A stretch of 64,000 nt of DNA from Podarcis melisellensis (lineage: Eukaryota). Every line of letters starts with the position of its first letter. Position 1 is the first letter of the stretch. A model generated the notes under the pieces. That model was not told the origin of the DNA. It did not search any database and saw only the letters and a program-made list of their open reading frames with translations. Position numbers and translations under genes: made by a program. The DNA is taken from assembly GCA_964234715.1 (NCBI GenBank), contig OZ174275.1; one strand, 5' to 3'. Positions 1 to 13,089 of the stretch are shown one piece after another.

Positions 1-3000
1 ATTTTTTTTCTAAAGGAGAAAAACCCAGAAATCTAGCTCATATGTAACAAACCATTGCTTGTTGGACCCATATATCCTGGGTCCAACAAGCAATGGTTTG
101 TTATGTTGGGAATGTGAAACCCTGTTTTGCATGGAGCACTCAAACCACAGTTTCCTGGTTAGGATGTCACAGCAAATTACGGTAATTAAACAAACCAGGA
201 AATCTTGTATTAAACTGGGCATGTAAGAGAATGTGAGGTGGAGAGTTGATTGGAAATGGGACATTGGAATTAAGCCAGAAAGAGAAGGATAGAAGAGTTA
301 GGAAATACACACACTTGTTAAACATGGTAGAAAAATAAGGCTGCAATACTTGGCACGCTTACCTTGAAATGGTCTCCGCTGGATACAGTGAGATTTATGT
401 TGAGTGAACCTCTGGGGGATTGTGCTACATAAGTGAGTCCTATGTTGTAGGTGAAGATTGAAGCCAAGTTCCAGATCTGAAAGAGCATTCTACTAGTTTC
501 TAGAACAGAAATTGTCTTTTAATCAGTTTCATACCAGTAGGTTGATATGACAGCAACTAGAATAAAAATATGCTAAAATGTATATAACTTCTTAAGTATG
601 ATATAAAACATATAATTGAAATAACCCATGCTTAATTATATTAAAAGGCCTACAACCTTGTGTTGCTTCAGAAACTTTTGGACTGTGACCATTTCAGAGT
701 TGAAAAATAATTGCCTAGAATCTCTTCGTATGTTTTCCCCACCATACTAGTATTTGATAAAAGAAGGGCATGTTCAGGAGGCCATCCTTGCTAGGCCACA
801 GATTACAAACAATAGGAAAATTGTGTACTTTTTTTCTTCTGCCTTTGTTTTTTGATAAAACAAAGATTCTTTGATTTTAAATTGTTACTCGAGTTTCACT
901 TTTTCCAGACTCTGTGACAGCGTTATCACAGAGCTGAAAGTAAAGCTTCATTTTTACTATATTAATACACAGCTGCCAGTGTTTGTTTTTATCAAGTTTT
1001 ACCTACAGATACTTTGGCAGCCTAAATAACCATATAGTTTTATATTTTATTTCAAAATTATTATGTATTTTATTGAATATGCAAATTTCCTAAATTGAAA
1101 CTACATTCCAGTAGGAAAACCTTGCATAAAAATTTAAGTGATTTTTTGTGTGTCTTTTAATTGGGAGGTTAAAATTTTAAAAAGTTAGGTTACAAAAGGG
1201 TTTTGTTTAGTAGCTGAGGTCAAGTTTTTATAAAGCTAAAACTTTAACATGAGTAAAGGCAGGACCATTCTTGTTCAGTCTAAGCCTTGGAGCAATTTCA
1301 GCTATTTTAATTAGCTACCATTTTTTTGTTTTAGGTATGCAATCTAACCTGCCTATTAAGGGTACTCATCACTTGTCAACATAATTGACTTTATCACCTT
1401 TTTGAAAGTTGAAAAAGGTAATCTCTAGAAAAGTACAAAACAGTGATTTGCTAAATATAATTATACAAAATATAACTTGTCAAAATTTACCTTCCTGCTG
1501 AATGGCAGTGTGCCAAGTATTGTAACATATATGTTTGCTAACTTTGTTTTGGCATGTGCTAATTAAAAACAAGTGACACAGACTAACCTCCCCTGAGCTT
1601 AATAACTACTATGGACATTAGCAAAATATTTTAGATGGAATTTTAGATGGTGGGAATGATTAAAATAGTCTTATCATGTTACCTACAGCACTTTAGGTAA
1701 GATGTTCTATAACTTAGGAAATGCTCACCTTAGGTCATACTATTAGACTATGTGAATGCTGATGATTTAATAAATTAATAATGATGGGTTGTGACAGATT
1801 CTCAGCAGCTCTAGGGCAACCTGTCTAGACTATCTGCACTACAGACTGTCATATTTGCAGATATACTGCATTCAATTCTCCTCAACCATAGCTTTCAAAG
1901 CTTGTTATGTTTAGGGGCTTCTAATGATAGTACCGATAATTTTAAAATGTTTAAGTAGTCACATTTGTTGTTCTGTATTGTGTGTAATTCAGTATTATCT
2001 GTTTATAATATCATGCTCTGAAAAGAGGCATATAAATTAAAATAGATTTATTGGAGATCCTGTACTTAATTCTCACATAATTTACATACTTAAACTGTGA
2101 GTAGATACAGCAGACTAACAGTGACTTGTTTTTCCTGCTCCTGCACCAATTATAGCGTTTAGTCTCCTTATTTTTTTCAGCTTCTAATATAGCTTCTAAA
2201 TAGATTAAGAACCTCCATAGTAATAATAAACTGAGCCAGTTGCATATTCAGAACTGGATTGCACCCCTTCTGAAATAACAGGTTTGTAGTTTGTGGGGTG
2301 ATCCTGGATGTTACTCAAGTCTCTGGTAGCCTCGGTGGCCAGGCCTGCCTTTTACTAGTTGGAATGCCAACAATGGCCATTCTTGACCATAGTGATTAAT
2401 GTACTGGTAACCTCAAAACTTGGTTATTGCAACCTGCTCTTGGTTTTTGCAATGTGGGACTACCCTTGGGCCTGGTCCAAAAGCTCCAGCTGCTGTGAAA
2501 GGCTGTGGTTAGACTGTTGGTGGGGATAGGCTTAAAAGCTTGCACTGGCTGTCCATGTTACCAGGTCAAGTTCTGGGTTCTTGTATTCTTTTACAATGCC
2601 ATTAACAACTTGGGTCCAGGATACCCTTAGGACTGCCTGATTCCTTGTAACCCTGACCAACCACCGAAATCCTCTGTTATTGGTTCCCTGTGACTTAGCT
2701 ACATGGCTGTGGGCTGTGCATTCAATATTATGGGCTTAATTATGTAGACCTTCAGGTGCATAAATAGCTTCAGGTGTATAAATAGCTGAAATAGAAAGGA
2801 ATGTGTATTTGTCTTAAAAAATACTTAAAATCAGTTCTGTTGGTTCTGTTTTAAAATGCCCCATGCCCTTGGAGCTTCTTATGTGATAGAGGGAAAATTC
2901 ACATGAAAACCAGTTTTTAAAAACATTAAGGGACAAATGTGTAGGATGGAAGTTTCTTCCCAGCCAGTCAGATCTATGGCAAGTGTTAGAGAAGTGCTAA

Positions 3001-4329
3001 CGTGCAGCCAGAACATGAGCATTGGGAGACTGCTTCCTTTACCCTCTTAATGAGAAGTTGCCACTGGGTATACATGTGCTGGGTATTAAGTCCTAATCAA
3101 AACCACAAGAAGGTGGAGCTATATGGCAAGTATCATGGGTTGCAGGAGTAACTGACATGGTGCCCCTGCCCATGTTGTAGGGCTTCAGTTGCCATCATAT
3201 TTGACCGTGGTCCTGCTTCCTGGGGTTGATAGGAGTTGGAGTCTAACAACATCTGGAGGATGCCACATTGCCTACACCAGCCTTAACGGATTTGTGGATC
3301 TCGAACTTTTTGCTCAAAAAATGTATCAGCTTTCTGAGTTTGTGTTCCCATGCGGCTTGCTTTTTCACAAGGATATATTGTATAAATAGGAACATGCTTC
3401 ACTTTCTGATTGTTACTTATATTGTATGGTAGGAAAATGCAGGAGCTAATTTCTGTGGTGTCAAAATACCTGTAGCAAACAATGGGATGCGGGGTGGGGG
3501 TGGGGGGAGAACAGTCCAGGCTGTGTAGGCTTTGAATAGTAACATAAGTACTGAAGCTGGGAACAATGGCCGCTATCAGAATAGCCCCATATGAGTGCAC
3601 TTTAGATCTTTTGAATAAACAAAAGTTTAGTGACCTAGAAATGAATCAATAAAAAAAGCTATTCTCTATGTGACAAATTGAATAACTGAAGGATTCTTAG
3701 AGAAGCATTGACTCTAACCATTCAAGATACATTGTTTGTGAAGGTTTTCTGAAACACATTAAATCCTTTGAGCACTGTAGCAGACAGTGAGGTGTTCTGT
3801 ATTTAGGTTGCTCACTGTTTACTCTCACTGAAAGTTTAGCATTAGAGGAACCAAAACACTTATTTTCTTACAGCTCCTTGTTCTTTTGGAAAACTTGAAA
3901 ACCTAACGTTACAAATGTGAGCCAAAAAATGCAGCCTGGCTCATTTAGTAACATAGCAAATGTTAGGCGCTACAGTATTGTTTGAGACCAATTGCACTGT
4001 GCTTATCTAAACCTCAGCTGAAATATTTTTCTTTCAACTAATTGTTATTGCTGATTATCAGTATCAAAATTATTGAGCTAATAGAAACAAATAGCTCTAT
4101 CTTAACTAATAAAAAAATTGCAGCCATGTCCCATTACTAATCAGAGTATCATTTCATATTGAAATGCTGGAATCAGATTTTTTTTTTCTACAACAAACAC
4201 TGATTATTTATTTAGTGCATTCTTATTCAGACTTTCCTTGAAGCTCAGGACAGTGTACAGCACAACACCCCTGTGAGGTATCTTAGGCCAATAGATCATG
4301 ACTGACCCAAGATCACCCAGTGGGATTAC

Positions 4330-5265
4330 TGGTTAAGTGGGGATTTAATTATACACAAAATTAATGGGGAGGTTTCTTAACACCTGTCTGTTCCATCTGT
4401 GCTGGATTAGTTTCAATTGTTGTGTCCTGAGGATGTGGGCAGGCAGCTTGAGGAAGTGTGGCCAACCACCTGCACATTTCTTAGAGCTAACTGTAGGGGG
4501 TGGATCCAGGGAGTGATCAATGCTTCACTGGAGCAGGTGGTACCGTCCACCTACAAGGAGATGGTGGTGTCCCCCCTCGTTGGATCAAGAACTGTTCAAC
4601 AGCTATTGTTCAGTGGTGAACATCAGCTTTTGGGGCAAGAGAGGGTGTGGTGGTCCAGCTCCAGGCATGCTTGGAGGAAACTGATTATCTGGAGCCATTC
4701 CAGACTGGCTTCAGACCCAGTCATGGCCCTGAAACTGCTTTGGTCACTCTGGTTGATGACATTTATATGAAGCTGAATCAGGAGAACTGGAGTGCATATT
4801 ATATTCAGCTCTTTCTCTTTGTTCTATATAAATCAGGAGAGGTGGTTGATGTATAAGATGAGTACTTGGAGGCCATGATGGGCTGGATAAAGGCCAATGA
4901 ATTAAAGCTGGATCCTGAAAATACAGAGATGTTTTGTATCCAAGTTCTCAAGTCCTAGAGGTGAAGAGACTGCATGTTCTTAGATTCCTCTGGAAGGAAC
5001 AGTTTCATAGGTTGTATGTGCTCAGTGGAGGCTCAGATGGCCGCAGTGGTTAGGAGTGCCATTTCGCACCTATGGCTGGTTTACTAGCTACAACTCCCTT
5101 TGGACAGAAACAACTGATTACTGCACTCCATGCTCTGGTAACTTCCAGATTAGATTATTGCAATGTGCATGGAGTTGCCCCAGATTTCTAGCTGGAGTTT
5201 CATTTTAAAACAGGTGCATTACCAGTTTGTTTCTGGGCCCTATGTGTTCACTTTAGTGTTTAAAG
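4330..5265 (+). mobile_element. Degenerate L2/CR1-group LINE ORF2 fragment
   Basis: RT-region relic YLEPFQTGFRPSHGPETALVTLVDDI and a downstream SRLDYCN-like segment. A similar 3' relic lies at ~2310-2750. Confidence 0.7.
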
Positions 5266-5273
5266 CCCTAAGT

Positions 5274-5520
5274 CATGGGTATGCAAACTAAGGTCTGGGG
5301 GCCGGATACAGCCCAATCGCCTTCTAAGTCCGGTCCATAGACGCTCCAGGAATCAGCATGTTTTTAAATGAGTAGAATGTGTCCTTTTATTTAAAATGCA
5401 TCTCTAGATTATTTGTGGGGCATAGGAATTTGTCCCCCCCCCAAAAAAAATATATAGTCCCCCCCTAAGGACTGAGGAACAGTGGACCAGCTCCCTGCTT
5501 TAAAAGTTTGCTGACCCCTG
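5274..5520. mobile_element. hAT-type MITE
   Basis: TIRs CATGGGTATGCAAACT / AGTTTGCTGACCCCTG and an 8-bp TSD CCCTAAGT. Confidence 0.8.
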
Positions 5521-5625
5521 CCCTAAGTGATTGCTTCCTTTTCTATAGAACCTCTTGGGTCTGGTGTTAAGATCAACAGAGAGAACCCTCATGGTAGTTT
5601 CACTACCCTCTCAGGTTTTGGTAGC

Positions 5626-5810
5626 CAGCCAGCATGGTGTAGTGGTTAGAGTATTAGACTAGGACCTGGGAGAGACCAGGTTTCAAATCCCCACTCCTCC
5701 ATGAAGCTCACTGGGTGACCCTGGGCCAGCCACTGTTCTTAGAGGAGAACCAGGTATGACAACTCAAATTCCTTAGGGAAAAAAGTAGGATCTAAACGCA
5801 ATAAATTAAT
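5626..5810 (+). mobile_element. tRNA-derived squamate SINE (Squam3-like)
   Basis: A box TGGTGTAGTGG, B box GGTTTCAAATCC, CCATGAAGCTCACTGGGTGACC body and an A-rich tail. Confidence 0.6.
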
Positions 5811-6435
5811 TAATAAAAATAGTAATAACCTAGATGAGGACATTCTCTGTGACAGCCTCTAAGTTGTGGGATTCCCTCCCCACAACTTAGGTGCATTTGG
5901 CACTTTCATTTTACAGTTTTTGTTGCATGCTAACTTGTTTTAAACTGTTTTAATGCTAGTGGTGCAGCAATAAAACTGCTAGCACATTTGCAAAGCTAGG
6001 CAGGGCCGAGTATGGTTTTAAATTGGATTGGGGACCATATGTTGAGATTCCTGCCTTGCAAGGGGTTGATCCTTGGAGTCCCTTCCAACTCTGCAGTTCT
6101 ATGATTCTATGTTGTATTTTAAATTGGTATAACCTACCTTGGGATCTTATGGTGAAAAGTAGGTAATGAATCACAGTATTATTATTATTCATAACAACAA
6201 TAAATATCGTTAATACTCATGGTAGTTGAAGGGAACCTTCATGTTCAGAGACAATATGCCTCTGAATACCAGTTACTTTGGAACAAACAATGAAAGAGGG
6301 CTATGGCCTTCATCATTTGTATGTCCTCAGAACTGTCTACACGGCCACTATTGGAAATAGGATGCTGGACTAGCTGACATCTTAATCTTATCCAATGGGA
6401 TAATGTGTATCCAATAATGTGTATCCAATGAGATA

Positions 6436-6575
6436 ATGTGTATCTGAAGAAGTGTGCATGCACACAAAAGCTCATACCAATAACTAACTTAGTTGATCTC
6501 TAAGGTGCTACTGGAAGGGGGGGGATAATTTTGTTTCGACTACGGCAGACCAACATGGCTACCTACCTGTAACTA
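6436..6575 (+). mobile_element. Short PLE-type 3' end with a mutated hammerhead-like core
   Basis: GUAU-CUGAAGA-A-GUGUGC/au/GCACAC-(A)AAA-GCUC-AUAC. Stem I (GUAU/AUAC) and stem II are intact, but GAAA has become AAAA. Flanked by a TSD-like TTATCCAAT. Confidence 0.55.
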
Positions 6576-8643
6576 GAATTATCCAATTGGGTTCTTCATT
6601 TGTTCCTGTTTTTTTCTAGGAGTGGGGAAGTGAAGCCTAAGGGACAATGGTCACTTCAACAATTTAAAGCTTCAGTCCTGTACACACCTACCTGGGAGTA
6701 AGTCCTATTGAACTTAATGGGACTTTCTTCTAAATCATGGGTTGGGATTTTATTTTTTTTTTAGCTGAAAGACCATATTCCCTCATGGGCAACTTTCTGG
6801 GGGCTGCATGCCAGTGGTGGGCATAGCTCTAGGCAAATGTGGGTTATTTTTGCTGTTGTATAATAGGCTACATTCCAGCCATGCAGACACGCATACCTCC
6901 ACCCAGGCAAGCAACATACATTATCATCATTCAGGAAACAGGCAAGCCAGGAAAAATAATGGAGCAGGTCCAGAAGAGGCTAGCCTGGGGAGGGGTGTTA
7001 CCTGAGCCAGTGGCGGAGCTTCATGCTCCGGCACCGGGGGGCGTGGCACGCGTCCTGGAGGCATGGCGTGCCGCGATGGCACCCTGCTGGGATCGCGCTG
7101 CCGGGGACGATGCGCTCCCCCCGCACACCTCTTCCTCCGCCAGTGACCTGAGCAGAGCCCCAAGGGTCAGGTGAAGATAGTGTGTCTGAGGTTCTCCACC
7201 CCTGTTCTAAGTAGACATCCACAGGATTGTACTATACAAGTTCCTTAATCAAACAAAACATTTGACTTATTTTTTGTGGGTACATGATGCCAACAATATA
7301 CTCTGTATTTTGAAAAATTACGATAGGTTCGTCTTTTTTAAAGAGAAAGTTTAAAATCCTTACTGCAGTCTAGAAGTAAGAACTCTGAACAAAAACAAAA
7401 TTAAGACATGTGAGCAATCATCAAATATCATTGTAATAATTTCAGTAGAATCAGGCCTTCAGTTCTAAAATCCATTTAATTTATTACCACATCCAAAAGT
7501 TTTGTTGTACTGGTAGAATTTGGCTAAAGTGGAACACCCATTACTATGGCGGTACTTCAGGTCACAGCTGGTATCTAATCCATTTCTCTTACTTCTAAAG
7601 TAGCCTAAAGTTGCCTGCAGCCTACATGTCTGAACCCTAAGCAAAGCACCAAAATATAAATGTTGGTTCAGATCCCCTTATGTCAGATTTTAATATTTAA
7701 TATCTCTTACAGTTGAATTCTTAAAGTTGAAGTCCCCATGCACCTTTAAAGATGCAGAAGGATTCTTTCTCTTTGTAGATGAAGAAATTTCTAACAATCT
7801 GAATTGATACAAATGACAATGTTTAGGGAAGCCACTGCTTCAGAATTTAGAATGCTGAGGTCTAAAGGTGATGATAGGTCAGCTTTCAGCATGAGAGCAA
7901 GAGTACATGGTGTCACCTTTTACTAGTTTAGGAAGGCTTTTACATGATCCCATACTCCTTGAAGCAACACAGCAGACTATTTTTATTTAGGTTTTCCCCT
8001 ATTATATTTATAGCAGATCCTATGATTCATAGCTATATGGATATATGTACAGTTTATTCAACAAAATGCTTAAGGATGCTGATAAGAGCTCTGTACTGTT
8101 ATGATGGTTAAGATTTCACATTTATTTCTCTACAGAAATAAATAAATGAAATATTTTTCTTTGTAATAACATAGCAAATTCTGGAAATTTCTGAAGCCAA
8201 TGAAGATTGCAGCAGGAATAACACTCCTTCTTAACCACTAAAAGCCACAACTGGTTAAACAGTAATTACATATCTCTAATAATGTTCTAAAAAGCTTCTT
8301 TAATAGCAATGGAAGTTGTGAAAATGGCATCCTGCTAATGGTTATGCACAATGTGGTGGTGGTGGAGCTGCTGCTGTCAAGTCTCTCATATTTTCAGAGA
8401 TGTGCCTTTTCTAGCCTGGCCTAAAAGAAAGGCTTATGACACATGATTCTTTAAGAGTGGATCTATCTATCCGCTTGGGCTATCTTTTGGGGGCCCTGCA
8501 GTCCTGTGAATACATATGGAACAGTATAAGCCCAATGGTAGAGGCACTGACAGTGCATAGTTGTGGTCTCATTTGCCCTATCTATGTTTCTTCCACAATG
8601 TGGCTTGTCATGCTAATAATGTGTGTGCTTTGTTTTTTCACAG

Positions 8644-8762
8644 AGGAAGATGTATACGGTATTTATTCCAATCTGTTGTTCAAGCATTTCCTTGCAGAGG
8701 GAATAGTTTGTGGACACCATTTATTTGTTGCTTCAGATAAAGAGCCTGCTGATATTGTAAAG
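8644..8762 (+). CDS. ELP4: ELP4 coding exon (equivalent to human exon 3)
   Basis: Acceptor ttttttcacag| and donor |gtaaag. The 119 nt encode (E)[39 protein letters not shown], which resembles ELP4 [25 protein letters not shown]. Phase 1 in, phase 0 out. Confidence 0.93.
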
Positions 8763-9133
8763 GTAAAGAAAAAAATACATCCATGTAATTATTGCTTAAT
8801 ATTTTCTAATCTAGATGGTGCTAAAAGCAATCCTAAAGCTGGCAGACATTCCTATGCCCTGTATGAGAACTCTGTTAGTAAAGGACTTGTGTGTTACCAT
8901 ACCAACCATGCCTTGCCTACTCCCTCCATGTAAAAAGTACTGTATGGGTCAGGAGACTATAGCGTTATTAATTACCTAAACTCTTCCTGAATACGTTACC
9001 TGTACCTTGATTAAATTCAGTAATTATAGTGATTCAGAGAAACTAGGAGTGGAGATTGTGTTGGAAAAATGGGGCAAAGAAAAGAAGTAAAATGACATCA
9101 CATCTTGAGTTTGAAGTGCTTGTACTTCTCATA

Positions 9134-9493
9134 AGGTAAAGTAAAGGTAAAGGTACCCCTGCCCGTACGGGCCAGTCTTGCCAGACTCTGGGGTTGTGCG
9201 CCCATCTCACTCAAGAGGCCAGGGGCCAGCGCTGTCCGAAGACACTTCCGGGTCACGTGGCCAGCGTGACATCGCTGCTCTGGCAAGCCAGAGCTGCACA
9301 CGGAAACGCCGTTTACCTTCCCGCTGGTAAGCGGTCCCTATTTATCTACTTGCACCCGAGGGTGCTTTCGAACTGCTAGGTTGGCAGGCGCTGGGACCGA
9401 ACAACGGGAGCGCACCCCGCCGCGGGGATTCGAACCGCCGACCTTTCGATCGGCAAGCCCTAGGCACTGAGGCTTTAACCCACAGCGCCACCC
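9134..9493 (-). mobile_element. Sauria SINE
   Basis: tRNA-like head with A/B boxes (GGTTCGAATCC on the minus strand), (ACCTTT)n tail, TSD ACTTCTCATA (9124-9133 and 9494-9503). Confidence 0.9.
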
Positions 9494-11760
9494 ACTTCTC
9501 ATACTAGGTACCAATGTGATTGACCAAACAGGAGCCTGAATGCCATTTTTTATGAAGCATGGGTTGGTGGCACACACAGAGTAGTGTGCGCCAGTGTTAT
9601 AAAATAGTTTGCCATTTTATATTGTTGCGTTGATTTGTGGGGCCTAGCTTTAGAAATAACTGAAACTAACCATATATAAATACATATATAAAAACTTGTT
9701 ACCAGAAGTTGAACATATCAAATACACTTAGTATCAACACATTATAGCAATACTCCACAATAAGACTTATTTTAAAAGTCTTTAAAAATATAGTATTATG
9801 TAGCAAACTATGAAAAGTAGCTTTTGTACTCGTTCTTCCTAGCCTTTATCACCTGAGCCTTAGGATTTGGATATTCATTGATTTCTGCTGGCCCCACAGC
9901 CTACCTTAAAGAGGTAGGGGCAGCAGCACAGACAACACTGGGGAGTACTTCTGGCTAAAAGATAACGTGGCAGCTAGCTGTGCAGCAGACACAAGTCTCA
10001 AAGAGGCCATAGAATAATGAGTCAGTAGATAGATTAGCAAAGCAGAGAAAAGGCTGGAGGAGGCTGAGTAAGGAAGCAAGAGGTGAAGGCTTAGAAAAAG
10101 GGAACAAGGAGGAAGAGAAAGAGGAAAAATGAGAAAGAAGAGAATATAGAGGATCAGAGCTGGGAAGCTTTACCTCAATGGAGATTGAGACTAGCAGCTA
10201 GGAGGATGATAGGGGAAGGTCTGGATCTAACAACCCCAGCGCCACATCCAGAAAGTTTGAGAGGCAGATCCTAGCTGTGATCTTTCATTGTTTGAGGTAA
10301 AGGACAAGATGGTGCCCTAGTAGATTCAACATGCAGAAGATGATCAGACTGGCAGCTGAATCATACTTAAACGCTGATAATGGGTCACTGTGCTCTACTA
10401 CACCTAAGGACAGCAGACTAACACATGGAGTGTATGGCAGACTTCATAGCAGACACAGCTCTGTCCTACAACATTTCATTCTCATTCCTATTCCTTCCAC
10501 CCTCACATCTATGGCCTGAGGCTCCTACATCTCTCAACAGGGTCGCCCTGTTGAGAGGGAAATGTTTTGTTGAATATCTGTTATGAAATGTAAATTCACC
10601 TTCACTTTTGTGTCCTCATTAGGCTTTTTTCTTGAATTAATACTCTTAAACATGAACAAAAGAGGGAAAGGTTTACTGGAATTTCTGTTTATAGTGACAT
10701 GTGTATCAGACATTCATTGAGCACATTAAGGGTTGATTTCATCTGTTATGCTATGATAACTCTTTCCATGGCTGTGGTCAAGCTGGTGGTATCAGAGGTT
10801 TTAAGTCTCCAAATACAAGTTCCTGGGAAACACAATCAGAAGAGCTGTGTTGTGCTCATAACCTGCATATGGACTTCCCATAGGCATCTGGCTTCCGACT
10901 ATAAGAAAAGAATGAGATGGGCTTTTGGTTTGATCTACCCTTATCTCAATAATCTGGGTTTTATTAGACAGTAGGTTTGGAAATGTGCCAATGTTTCTTA
11001 CTGTCATTCCATCCCAATAAAACCATTGCTCCTTAACAGCATATCATCAGCTTGCAACCAATCCAGTATATGGGTGACTAACAACAAGCTAAGACAATTT
11101 ATACATATGATTCACTGTAGAAATTTTTGAATTGACCTGTTTTAATTTTATGATATGTGATTGGGAGTTTCTTGATCCTATAACCAAGACAAATATTGCT
11201 GGTTCTAGGAGAGGGAAGAGATGGTTTTATAGACCATAATTATGTTAAAACTGTGTAACTAAAAGACACGTAGAACATAAAAAAGCCCCATCAGCTGCCT
11301 AAGATATATTATATTACCACCCAGCAATTTATCCATCATCCTTTGAAAACACATTCATGCCTATTGTAGTCAAAGCTTCTTCAGGAAGTCAGCATTAAGA
11401 TGTAACATTGTTGAAAAATTACACCCCTGTAAAAATCCTATAGAACAATATACAGGGGGTTTTAAACAGGATATTTAAAACATTTCTCTTCAGTCACTTC
11501 ATCTTTCTAACAGACAGCTGTACTGCTGCATACTAGAACATAATAAATTATAAAGTAAAAACTAAACCAAATCTTTATGTGACCTGATTACAGTGTCATG
11601 CAGAATTATTCTTCAGTATTTTGTAGAATCCAGAAAGTGTGCTTGGGAAGATACAGGTGATGTGTTGTAAGTGGGACTCATTTTCATTCTAACAAGTGAA
11701 GCTGTGTGCTTCGGTGTTGTTGGTTTCATTGGTTTTTGGGTCTATTTAACCTCTGCTCAG

Positions 11761-12121
11761 AAGGATGCGGGTGGCGCTGTGGTCTAAACCACTTGAGCCT
11801 AGGGCTTGCCAATCGGGAGGTCGGTGGTTCAAATCCCCGTGGCAGGGTGAGCTCCCGTTACTTGGTCCCAGCTCTTGCCAACCTAGCAGTTCAAAAACAC
11901 GTCAAAGTGCAAGTAGATAAATGGGTACCGCTCGGGTGGGAAGGCAAACGGCATTTCCATGCACTGCTCCAGTTTCACCAGAAGCAGCTTAGTCATGCTG
12001 GCCACATGACCCGGAAACTGTCTGCAGACAAACGTCGGCTCCCTTGGCCAGTAAAGTGAGATGAGCGCCATAACCCCAGAGTCGTTCGTGACTGGACTTA
12101 ACTGTCAGGGGTCCTTTACCC
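11761..12121 (+). mobile_element. Sauria SINE (older, different subfamily)
   Basis: GGTGGCGCTGTGG head, B box GGTTCAAATCC, CCTTTACC tail, 16-bp TSD TTTAACCTCTGCTCAG (11745-11760 and 12122-12137). Confidence 0.88.
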
Positions 12122-12295
12122 TTTAACCTCTGCTCAGCCATGAAGCTCATTTAGTGTTCGTAGCCAAATGCTATCAGCCTAGCCTATCTTCCAGTGAGAA
12201 TGCATCTCCAGCCAAGAATTTCACTAAGACTGCAATCATTACCCCACTTACCTAGGAGTACCCCCTGGTGAATTCAAAAGGACCTCTTTTGAGTA

Positions 12296-12298
<3 letters not shown>

Positions 12299-12348
<50 letters not shown>
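12299..12348. repeat. (TA)n microsatellite; partner tract at 13057-13087
   Basis: Direct reading of the sequence. Confidence 0.95.
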
Positions 12349-12350
<2 letters not shown>

Positions 12351-13053
12351 TTTCGTAGATTTTCACGGGTACAGGAATGCAGGTTTTGGTGTCCTCGGGT
12401 GTCTTCCCGTGTAAAAGTTGGGGTGTCTAGGCGACGTTTCGACGAGGTCTCACTCGTCATCTTCAGGCTGGTGCTTTCGGCTTCTTGTTACTGGAACAGA
12501 GCAGGATCTCAGTGTTTGAGTTCCTATAAATACTGTTGAGGGGGTGTGGTGTATAGCCTCCAATGTTCTGGGCAGAGAGGAAGTTCCCAGGCTAGTGTGC
12601 CTTTTCTTCTTTTGTTCCTTAATTACTTGAGGGATATCTTGAGTGATTTCTTGAGTGATATCCTGAGTACCACTTAGGTGGGTCATTAGGTGTGGATTAG
12701 TTGCTAAAGTCTTTGTGTCTTGACCTCTTGAACTTTGTGAAGAGTTTTTCTGAGAAGATGGCTGTACTGCACTTAGTTGTGCTCTGGCTTGGCTTCGTGT
12801 ATAGGGGCGAGCTGTGGTTTTGTGGCCTGTGTCAGCCAGATCTGTGTAGGGATTGCAGGGGGGTGCAGCATCCGGAGGCTATACACCACACCCCCTCAAC
12901 AGTATTTATAGGAACTCAAACACTGAGATCCTGCTCTGTTCCAGTAACAAGAAGCCGAAAGCACCAGCCTGAAGATGACGAGTGAGACCTCGTCGAAACG
13001 TCGCCTAGACACCCCAACTTTTACACGGGAAGACACCCGAGGACACCAAAACC

Positions 13054-13058
<5 letters not shown>
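12349..13058. mobile_element. Penelope-like element (PLE) 3' fragment with inverted pLTR, inserted in (TA)n
   Basis: 185-bp perfect inverted arms 12377-12561 and 12874-13058, each with a CTGAAGA...CGAAACGTC hammerhead-like motif. Minus-strand frame open 12450-12872. (TA)n on both flanks. Confidence 0.8.
12969..13002 (+). ncRNA. Minimal hammerhead-ribozyme-like core (PLE type); mirror copy on the minus strand at 12433-12466
   Basis: CUGAAGA-U-[GACGAG/ugagac/CUCGUC]-GAAA-CG-UC. The conserved boxes and a 6-bp stem II are present. Stem III is reduced to palindromic ACGU and stem I is weak. Confidence 0.6.

Positions 13059-13089
<31 letters not shown>

Noticed and set aside
6990-7170. CpG-rich patch with overlapping ORFs as a promoter or exon
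   Set aside because: It is short and sits inside a hAT-MITE-like repeat (~6770-7204, similar to ~41845-42180), with no credible splice sites or protein motif.
8436-8933. 165-aa ORF as a standalone gene
   Set aside because: Only 8644-8762 is ELP4-like and bounded by splice sites; the rest is chance intronic read-through.
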